The notes beneath the pieces are model-generated. The model saw only the letters and a list, made by a program, of their open reading frames with translations, made no database searches and was not told where the DNA came from. A stretch of DNA of 64,000 nt, from assembly GCA_032718475.1 (NCBI GenBank), contig JAUCBJ010004176.1, forward strand, positions 83,349 to 147,348, given 5' to 3'. This DNA comes from Nemertoderma westbladi. Its lineage: Eukaryota > Animalia > Xenacoelomorpha. How positions within the stretch are numbered: position 1 is the first letter of the stretch; the number at the start of each line of letters is the position of its first letter. The position numbers and the translations under genes were made by a program. This document shows positions 11,484 through 20,532 of the stretch, one piece after another.

Positions 11484-13616
11484 ATGGCTGATGCGGTAAA
11501 TTTTAATAATAGCGTGGACGACTGGCGGTCTGCGGCATTCAGACAAAAGGTAATATGCCAGATGGATGACGCATTGCTTGTTGCCGGCAAACTTTCGCAA
11601 TATAAGGGTGAAGACTTAGAGAACCACGTATTTATGCAGGCTAAGAACCGTGATAATTACTTGGTACTCGTATCCAAAGTACTTATCTCTATACGTAGCA
11701 AGCCCAGCCAGCCGCCTGCCGATAAACGTGAAGTCGTTACTCCGCGATCCGACCCGTTAGCTACCCTGCAGGATCTCACGGAGAGCGTGGCTCCTTCTGC
11801 GATGCAGCCTCCTAGCGTACCGGGTCCAGCCCGTGGACCTCTCGCAAAGACCGCAGGTAGGATAATCCCAGTGGAACCTGCATTCTCCCCCTCTATGCAG
11901 CAGAGTCCGGCAGCCACTTCGGCCATGGGTAAACCCACCGACGAGGAACAGATGTACACAGATAAACTGAAACAACTACAGAAGTACGTCGAGCCGTTAG
12001 CTAAAAGAATACGTTCACAGGAGATGTACGGCAAGAAGGAGACTCAAAAACTCAAGAGCCTTCTCGATATACTTATGATGGATTCCTCTCGAGCCACTGC
12101 TAAGCGACTCTCTCTGGAAGTCCTAATCAAATGCGAGGGTGCCTTGCAGAAGATGGAAGCTTCGTTCGAGAAACACCAGCAGCCCGTGAGTGATTCCCTT
12201 AAAGAAATGAGTCCCGCCCCGGGAATGAGCCCTAGTTCCGCCCTTGGTGTGAGCCCTGCCCCATCTCAAGGCGTTAGCCCTACGCCATCGCCCCGTCCAA
12301 ATAATTATACGAGTTCCATGGAAGTCCTGCCGACTTCCTCCTTGGTTTCCTCATCACCATCCGTTGGTCGTCTACCTGTGAACTCGCCTTCCCCCGCCCC
12401 TGCTGCCGCTACCACAATGGTGCCCATGTTTGTGCCCACGAGACCTACACAGTTGCAGAACGCCCAGCCCCAGTATAAACTTGGTACTAGCCAGATCTCC
12501 AGTCACTCGCCACTTCCGTATGTTTCGATTCCTCAGCCTCTGGGATCACAGCGCCTTGACAATTCTCCCACCCCAGTATCATTCCCCCAGCCCACTGGTC
12601 CATCCATTGCTCCTCCAACTGTGTCCCAGCCCTTAGGCTCCTCCCCTGCCCCATTCACAATGTCCCAACTTCCAGGCCACTCCCCTGCCCCTCCCTCAAT
12701 GCCCCTACCATCCGGCCAATATCATGTGCAGCAGTCGGTGTCGCGGCCCCCAGGTCCCTCGCCTGCCCCGTCTATGGTATCCCTACCCCCAGGCCCTTCT
12801 CCTGCGCCACCCTCTGTGTCCCTACCCCCAGGCCCTTCTCCTGCGCCACCCTCTGTGTCCCAACCCCCAGCCCCCTCTCCCGCTCCACCTTCTGTGTCCC
12901 AACCCCCAGGCCCCTCTCCCGCTCCACCCTCTGTGTCACAACCCCCAGGCCCCTCTCCTGTGCCACCTTCTGTGTCCCAGCCCCCAGGTCCCTCTCCTGC
13001 CTCGTCCGCTGTGTCCCAACCCCCAGGTCCCTCCCCTGTGGTCCCACCCACCATCACTTCTTTCACTCGCTCCCCCAACATGGCCCAACCTATAGTCGAT
13101 GCCGTTCTCCCGCACCTCCGCAATGGCATCCTGAACCACTCCTTAAGTCGAACCTTCTCTCCATGTATGCGTGCGCTGAACACCAACCTGTACAGCGATT
13201 ACATCCAGCCCAGTAAACGGGCGCGACTCTCAGATACCGAAGAAGGACCGGAAGATTCACTGAATCACTCTTTGCAAGGAGAATTAGTCCGTCTTAGTAA
13301 TAAATTCATTGTATCTTTGTGTGATGGCCAACCCACCGAAGGTACAGTTCGTCTTAAAATAACCCTCGATAACAAAGACCTTCCTTCAGTTCCCCCCTTG
13401 GTTATTGAAATTCCAAAAAATTATCCTCGTGTTGGCCCCGAAGTGGTCATTCATAAGAAAGAATACAACGGCACAAAACTATTATCCAATCTATATAGCT
13501 CCTTTATGGACAAAGTCGGCAGGTGTGTTGGTATAGTAACTCTGTCTAACTTACTTCACTCTTGGGAATCTAGTTTAAAGGAAGTTTGTTGGGGGGAACA
13601 CTGGTTCTCTATATAA
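11484..13616 (+). CDS. MED15: Mediator subunit 15, intronless, nested in LATS intron
   Basis: 710-aa ORF. N-terminal KIX domain (DWRSAAFRQKV...LENHVFMQAKNRDNYLVLVSKVLI); middle YTDKLKQLQKYVEPL and LEVLIKCEGALQKM; C-terminal LNHSLSRTF, LQGELVRL and DLPSVPPLVIEIPKNYP. Confidence 0.93.
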   Translation: MADAVNFNNSVDDWRSAAFRQKVICQMDDALLVAGKLSQYKGEDLENHVFMQAKNRDNYLVLVSKVLISIRSKPSQPPADKREVVTPRSDPLATLQDLTESVAPSAMQPPSVPGPARGPLAKTAGRIIPVEPAFSPSMQQSPAATSAMGKPTDEEQMYTDKLKQLQKYVEPLAKRIRSQEMYGKKETQKLKSLLDILMMDSSRATAKRLSLEVLIKCEGALQKMEASFEKHQQPVSDSLKEMSPAPGMSPSSALGVSPAPSQGVSPTPSPRPNNYTSSMEVLPTSSLVSSSPSVGRLPVNSPSPAPAAATTMVPMFVPTRPTQLQNAQPQYKLGTSQISSHSPLPYVSIPQPLGSQRLDNSPTPVSFPQPTGPSIAPPTVSQPLGSSPAPFTMSQLPGHSPAPPSMPLPSGQYHVQQSVSRPPGPSPAPSMVSLPPGPSPAPPSVSLPPGPSPAPPSVSQPPAPSPAPPSVSQPPGPSPAPPSVSQPPGPSPVPPSVSQPPGPSPASSAVSQPPGPSPVVPPTITSFTRSPNMAQPIVDAVLPHLRNGILNHSLSRTFSPCMRALNTNLYSDYIQPSKRARLSDTEEGPEDSLNHSLQGELVRLSNKFIVSLCDGQPTEGTVRLKITLDNKDLPSVPPLVIEIPKNYPRVGPEVVIHKKEYNGTKLLSNLYSSFMDKVGRCVGIVTLSNLLHSWESSLKEVCWGEHWFSI
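12570..13050 (+). repeat. Coding 39-bp minisatellite (PSVSQPPGPSPAP) in MED15
   Basis: About 8 clear and several degenerate 13-aa units, all in frame. Confidence 0.85.
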
Positions 13617-13807
13617 CGTTTATTTATCGTTGTTGTAGTTTTGAGATTAGTTAATAATAAATAGGCAGTAATAATTCTATAAACTGCAGACGTTTTACAG
13701 CTTATACTGGAATACAGCATTAATTTAACGGGAGGGTCGTCTTGACTGTTCCAGTCCATCAACCATGATGGACAAACAAACCGAAGGTACATAGAGTTAA
13801 AATTTCC

Positions 13808-13883
13808 TTCCCTATGATGAAATCGATGGCGAGTCTGAGAAAAGACTTGTCTTTTCTTTGATGACTTTGGTTCTGATTGGGAA
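13808..13883 (+). ncRNA. Box C/D snoRNA, SNORD15/snR75-like (copy 1)
   Basis: Terminal stem ttccc/gggaa, C box ATGATGA, guide GATGGCGAG-T, D' CTGA, C' TGATGA, D CTGA. The guide pairs with conserved LSU rRNA CUCGUCAUC (one G-U). Confidence 0.82.
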
Positions 13884-14564
13884 ATAAAGTTACAATAGTT
13901 GTTAAACATGGAAACTATATTATATATTTCATTAATTACAATTTATACTATATTCAGCGCCGATCAGAATATGGTTGGTGCGAATAAGTCTCGAGTGTCA
14001 AAGGACGTGCAAGACTCTCCGCTTTCAATTGATATAAACCACATGTGAAATGATTGAGATTTAATGTGTAATAGCATGGATCGAAAATCATCCATAGAAA
14101 CCAAGATAAGAAATTATAAGAGCACTTTGAAGTGACGTAAAAGCTATAGCTGCCAATTACAGCCGATTTTCAAAATTGGCATCCCGCGCTTTCTTAAACC
14201 CGCCACTCGATTCAGGGCACATTGTTCCCACTTATTCAATTGTTTCATCATTGCTAAACAATTTTTTCGCGCACCATCCCGTATTATACAATTATTGTTT
14301 ACTGTTGTTATATTACACTTTGTAGTTTCACACATAACTTGTCCACTAATGTTCAGGTCCGTTGTTCACTGCATTTGTATGAAAAATCCGCTGCTGAGAC
14401 GAAATGTATCAATAGCCCCGGTTGACGATAGAGAGATATCTTATTTGTAGTGAGTGGCTAATTAATTCGTTTATGTGGCTTAAAGAAGTTAGGAACTTTG
14501 AAATCAACATTCATAACCCTAAACTTAACAAATACAGTGTTCACCCAGTATAATAATCAATTCC

Positions 14565-14647
14565 CTATCCCTATGATGACAATGATGGCGAGTCTGAGAT
14601 AGACAATTAGGTCTTATCTTTGGTGATTTTGGTTCTGATTGGGATAG
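14565..14647 (+). ncRNA. Box C/D snoRNA, SNORD15/snR75-like (copy 2)
   Basis: Stem ctatccc/gggatag, ATGATGA, GATGGCGAGTCTGA, internal hairpin, ttttggttCTGA. Confidence 0.82.
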
Positions 14648-15319
14648 AAAGGCTTCAGATCTTAAGTTCATTACGAAAACAAAATCATCAATATTCATCA
14701 TAAATAGTTCAACTCATAATAATTTCAATGACTAGGTAACACCGGGGTCTGTTGGTATTCTGATGTACACTTTGTGTGTAGTCTATACACCGGGTGTTAA
14801 TATTATAAGCTGATCATAATACGTATATTGCAGTATAGTTATATAGGCCTAAATATGCTATGCTGAGGTACAGATCCTTCTACTCTTAATGCAGTACAGA
14901 ACTCCCTCAACCAGTACTGGTACACATTACACCAAACATAGTACTGTAGATCATATATCTTCAGTCATTAGGGAGAGTTGTTCCTAGTAGTACACTATCT
15001 CGTATTTGATCCATACAGTAGCGTATTCACACCGGAGTCTGTATTCTGTTGTACACTTTTTGTGTCAGTGTGTAGTCTATACAACACCGGGGTCTGTTGG
15101 TATTCGGTTGTACTAACCAAAATTAACTTTTTAGAAGTCCAGTTGTCTTATTATCACTTCAAATATTTTGTAGGCCTACAGACAAATACACTGGTTGGTA
15201 TCTTACTTCATTATTAATTATAACAATAGCCCATGTTAGCTTTAATTAAACCTATTAACAGGTTGATTCCGTTCCCTCCCTTTTATAATAATGGCATCTA
15301 ACATTGAGAACAAAAATAT

Positions 15320-15397
15320 TTCCCTATGATGAAATCGATGGCGAGTCTGAGGAAAGATTATGGTCTTTTCTTTGGTGATTTTGGTTCTGATTGGGAA
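15320..15397 (+). ncRNA. Box C/D snoRNA, SNORD15/snR75-like (copy 3)
   Basis: Same boxes, guide and terminal stem as copy 1. Confidence 0.82.
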
Positions 15398-15442
15398 CGT
15401 CACACAAATAACATTATTGTACGTCATGTAAATTAGTTGGAA

Positions 15443-17310
15443 GGCGGGCTAGCTCAGGTGGTTGTGGTTGAGCGACGGGTCTGCAATCTATTGGTTGTAG
15501 GTTCGAGTCCCACCAGAGTCCACTCAGCATTTCATCCCCTGGGATTGATGAAATGAGGACCGGTTGAATTACTGGGAGCAAAATTTGGGATAGGTATGAG
15601 TAGAGCGCCCACCCACACCTTCGGGTAGCAGCTATAGAAAGGGTTATATTGAAAAATATCGAGACATGAAAAATATCGAGAGTAAAAATAACGCGAGTAA
15701 AAACATCGAGTGTTGAAAAATAACGATAATATCGAGAGTTCAAAAAATATCGAGAGTAAAAATATCGAGGGTAAAAATATCGAGAGTAAAAATATCGAGT
15801 GATGAAAAATATCGAGAGTAAAAATATCGAGTGTTGAAAAATATCGAGAGTAAAAATATCGAGTGTTGAAAAATATCGAGAGTAAAAATATCGAGTGATG
15901 AAAAATATCGAGAGTAAAAATATCGAGAGTAAAAATATCGAGTGTTGAAAAATATCGAGAGTAAAAATATCGAGTGTTGAAAAATATCGAGAGTAAAAAT
16001 ATCGAGTGTTGAAAAATATCGAGAGTAAAAATATCGAGTGTTGAAAAATATCGAGAGTAATAATATCGAGTGTTGAAAAATATCGAGTGTTGAAAAATAT
16101 CGAGTGTAAAAATATCGAGTGTTGAAAAATATAGAATGTTGAAAAATATCGAGAGTAAAAATATCGATAGTAACAATTTTTTTAAATAAGGGTTGTATGA
16201 TAATTTTTTTTACTAAAAATGTTCTAGAACAACAATATTTATCAACATTTGGTAGCTTATACAGTACGTTTTCTAATATAATATTTAACAATATTTATAA
16301 TATTTATCAAAATTTATACCTAGCACTTCTTTTATAATACTGTATTTATTAAAAAAATAGCAAAAACTAGCTAGTATAATAATAAAATGTAAAGGTAAAT
16401 GGGTACCCAAGGTGTATTACATAATGCCATTCACTTGCACTGTTGTGACCCATGCACTGCAATATTGTTCCTTAATTCTAAATAAAATGCTCAAGTAAAA
16501 TGCAATATTTTTACTCTCGATATGTTTCAACACTCGATATTTTCAACACTCGATATTTTTCAACACTCGATATTTTTCAACACTCGATATTTTTCAACAC
16601 TCGATATTTTTACTCTCAATATTTTTCAACACTCGATATTTTTCAACACTCGATATTTTTACTCTCGATATTTTTCAACACTCGATATTTTTACTCTCAA
16701 TATTTTTCAACACTCGATATTTTTCAACACTCGATATTTTTCAACACTCGATATTTTTCAACAGTCGATATTTTTCAACACTCGATATTTTTCAACACTC
16801 GATATTTTTACTCTCGATATTTTTCAACACTCGATATTTTTACTCTCGATATTTTTCACTCTCGATATTTTTCAACACTCGATATTTTTCAACTCTCGAT
16901 ATTTTTCAACACTCGATATTTTTACTCTCGATATTTTTCAACACTCGATATTTTTCAACACTCGATATTTTTCAACACTCGATATTTTTACTCTCGATAT
17001 TTTTCAACACTCGATATTTTTACTCTCGATATTTTTCAACACTCGATATTTTTACTCTCGATATTTTTCAACACTCGATATTTTTCAACACTCGTTATTT
17101 TCGATATTTTTCATCTCGTGTTATTTTTACTCTCGATATTTTTTAATCACGTTAATTTTCAACACTCGTTATTTTTACTCTCGATATTTTTACTCTCGTT
17201 ATTTTTACTCTCGATATTTTTCAAGTCTCGATATTTTTCACCATTACCATAGAAAGAGGAGTCTTCGGGTTGCCTCCCTCCTGCTTCGGTCGACTGTTTG
17301 CTTGCTTCCT
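15443..17310 (+). mobile_element. tRNA-derived SINE, split by a foldback insertion
   Basis: A box tagctcaggtgg, B box ggttcgagtcc, central cactcagcatttcatcccctgggattgatgaaatgag (resembles the Deu/Nin SINE core), (cttg)n tail. The intact paralog is at 19282-19531. Confidence 0.75.
15642..17248. mobile_element. Foldback element: inverted arrays of 16-17 bp repeats around an AT-rich core, 8-bp TSD
   Basis: Left arm (aaaaatatcgag)n at 15642-16170; right arm (ctcgatattttt)n at 16500-17248. TSD atagaaag at 15634-15641 and 17249-17256. The empty site is present in the paralog near 19472. Confidence 0.92.
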
Positions 17311-17625
17311 ATGAAAATTTATTTTCACGATTCCATTGGTTTTGGATCCGAGGAATGTCCTAAATCGATCTTTACCATTTACCAACCATATTGAAAATCA
17401 CTGACTACTGAAACACAACTAATCTACGACAGACCGACGTAGATTTGTTTCCCTGCACAATTTAATCATGAGCATGAGAGGGTCTGGTAGAGAGAAAATA
17501 ACCCAAGCATAACTAAACATAAGACTCTGAGAGGACCCATATCGTATGTGATACAATCCATTCCCTATGATGAGCATCACCCATGACGGACAAACAAACC
17601 GAAGGTACATAGAGTTAAAATTGTC

Positions 17626-17701
17626 TTCCCTATGATGAAATCGATGGCGAGTCTGAGAAAAGACTTGTCTTTTCTTTGATGACTTTGGTTCTGATTGGGA
17701 A
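17626..17701 (+). ncRNA. Box C/D snoRNA, SNORD15/snR75-like (duplicate of copy 1)
   Basis: Boxes and guide identical to 13808-13883. Confidence 0.82.
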
Positions 17702-18390
17702 ATAAAGTTACAATAGTTGTTAAACATGGAAACTATATTTTATATTTCATTAATTACAATTTATACTATATTCAGCGCCGATCAGAATATGGTTGGTGCG
17801 AATAAGTCTCGAGTGTCAAAGGACGTGCAAGACTCTCCGCTTTCAATTGATATAAACCACATGTGAAAAGATTGAGATTTAATGTGTAATAGCATGGATC
17901 GAAAATCATCCATAAACCAAGATAAGAAATTATAAGTGCACTTTGAAGTGACGTAAAAGCTATAGCTGCCAATCACAGCCGATTTTCAAAATTGGCATCC
18001 CGCGCTTACTTAAACCCGCCACTCGATTCAGGGCACATTGTTCCCACTTATTCAATTGTTTCAAGCTAAACAATTTTTTCGCGCACCATCCTGTATTATA
18101 CAATTATTGTTTACTGTTGTTATATTACACTTTGTAGTTTCACACATAACTTGTCCACTAATGTTCAGGTCCGTTGTTCACTGCATTTGTATGAAAAATC
18201 CGCTGCTGAGACGAAATGTATCAATCGATAAATGTATCAATAGCCCCGGTTGACGATAGAGATATCTTATTTGTAGTGAGTGGCTAATTAATTCGTTTAT
18301 GTGGCTTAAAGAAGTTAGGAACTTTGAAATCAACATTCATAACCCTAAACTTAACAAATACAGTGTTCACCCAGTATAATAATCAATTCC

Positions 18391-18473
18391 CTATCCCTAT
18401 GATGACAATGATGGCGAGTCTGAGATAGACAATTAGGTCTTATCTTTGGTGATTTTGGTTCTGATTGGGATAG
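18391..18473 (+). ncRNA. Box C/D snoRNA, SNORD15/snR75-like (duplicate of copy 2)
   Basis: Matches 14565-14647. Confidence 0.82.
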
Positions 18474-19157
18474 AAAGGCTTCAGATCTTAAGTTCATTAC
18501 GAAAACAAAATCATCAATAATCATCATAAATAGTTCAACTCATAATAATTTCAATGACTAGGTAACACCGGGGTCTGTTGGTATTCTGATGTACACTTTG
18601 TGTGTAGTCTATACACCGGGTGTTAATATTATAAGCTGATCATAATTATGTATATTGGAGTATAGTTATATAGGCCTAAATATGCTATGCTGAGGTACGG
18701 ATCCTTCTACTCTTAATGCAGTATAGAACTCCCTCAACCAGTACCGGTACACATTACACCAAACATAGTACCGTAGACTAGATCATATATCTTCAGTCAT
18801 TAGGGACAGTTGTTCCTAGTAGTACACTATCTCGTATTTGATCCATACAGTAGCGTATTCACACCGGAGTCTGTATTCTGTTGTACGTACACTTTGTGTG
18901 TCAGTGTGTAGTCTATACAACACCGGGGTCTGTTGGTATTCGGTTGTACTAACCAAAATTAACTTTTTAGAAGTCCAGTTGTCTTATTATCACTTCAAAT
19001 ATTTTGTAGGCCTACAGACAAATAATACACTGGTTGGTATCTTACTTCATTATTAATTATAACAATAGCCCATGTTAGCTTTAATTAAACCTATTAACAG
19101 GTTGATTCCGTTCCCTCCCTTTTATAATAATGGCATCTAACATTGAGAACAAAAATA

Positions 19158-19237
19158 TTTCCCTATGATGAAATCGATGGCGAGTCTGAGGAAAGATTAT
19201 GGTCTTTTCTTTGGTGATTTTGGTTCTGATTGGGAAA
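19158..19237 (+). ncRNA. Box C/D snoRNA, SNORD15/snR75-like (duplicate of copy 3)
   Basis: Matches 15320-15397. Confidence 0.82.
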
Positions 19238-19281
19238 GTCACACAAATAACATTATTGTACGTCATGTAAATTAGTTGGAA

Positions 19282-19531
19282 GGCGGGCTAGCTCAGGTGG
19301 TTGTGGTTGAGCGACGGGTCTGCAATCTATTGGTTGTAGGTTCGAGTCCCACCAGAGTCCACTCAGCATTTCATCCCCTGGGATTGATGAAATGAGGACC
19401 GGTTGAATTACTGGGAGCAAAATTGGGATAGGTATGAGTAGAGCGCCCACCCACACCTTCTGGTAGCAGCTATCGAAAGAGGAGTCTTCGGTTTGCCTCC
19501 CTCCTGCTTCGGTCGACTGTTTGCTTGCTTC
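19282..19531 (+). mobile_element. tRNA-derived SINE, uninterrupted copy
   Basis: Same as the 15443 copy but without the foldback insertion. Confidence 0.78.
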
Positions 19532-19773
19532 CTATGAAAATTTATTTTCACGATTCCATTGGTTTTAGATCCGAGGAATGTCCTAAATCGATCTTTACCA
19601 ACCATTTTGAAAATCACTGACTACTGAAACACAACTAATCTACGACAGACCGACGTAGATTTGTTTCCCTGCACAATTTAATCATGTGCATGACAGGGTC
19701 TGGTAGAGAGAAAATAACCCAAGCATAACTAAACATAAGACTCTGAGAGGACCCATATCGTATGTGATACAAT

Positions 19774-19858
19774 CCATTCCCTATGATGAGAATGATGGCG
19801 AGTCTGAGATAAGACAATTAGGTTTTATCTTTGGTGATTTTGGTTCTGATTGGGATGG
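19774..19858 (+). ncRNA. Box C/D snoRNA, SNORD15/snR75-like (copy 4)
   Basis: Stem ccattccc/gggatgg, ATGATGA, GATGGCGAGTCTGA, D box CTGA at 19846. Confidence 0.82.
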
Positions 19859-20054
19859 TCCACATACCAGATAAAGAGTTATGTCTAGCATATAAAAAAC
19901 CTTCAAAGTTATAATTTTAAAATTAGCCCCTGGAATGGAACTCTTAACAACATACACACTTTCAATGTGTTCTATATACATTAATTTATTTTATTTATTA
20001 GTGTCCTTATGGCACAATTATTCAAAATCGGCACAATAATTAATCTGCATATAA

Positions 20055-20369
<315 letters not shown>

Positions 20370-20532
20370 TAGTCTCAATCATTTATTAAATAAAACCAGT
20401 TGTCGTTCCTTCTAACAATTATATCCGTTAACGTTTGGCCTCAATTACGATCTCTCTAAATCTAAAACTTTCAAGTCAATCAAACCAAAATACCAACATT
20501 AATGTACATCAATTGAAGTACAGTTGAAGCAA

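Larger units (their letters stand above)
13757..19789 (+). repeat. Tandem segmental duplication (unit 1 13757-17574, unit 2 17575-19789)
   Basis: Near-identical colinear sequence. The junction at 17574/17575 joins the 5' end of a snoRNA (ttccctatgatgag) to catcacccatgacggacaaac, the start of the unit. Confidence 0.92.

Noticed and set aside
13862-13876. Second (box D) guide tttggtt pairing with rRNA AGCCAAA next to the main target
   Set aside because: Only about 7 bp with a wobble; too short to call a second methylation target, though it may be auxiliary pairing.
13955-14100. Run of small hairpins suggesting a separate structured RNA or H/ACA snoRNA
   Set aside because: No convincing H/ACA boxes or family motif; better explained as a non-coding exon.
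15443-15520. tRNA gene (also at 19282)
   Set aside because: A and B boxes are present but there is no acceptor stem; it continues into a SINE body and tail.
15532-17394. ORFs of 180-290 aa (STLDIF repeats)
   Set aside because: Translations of the foldback repeat arms.
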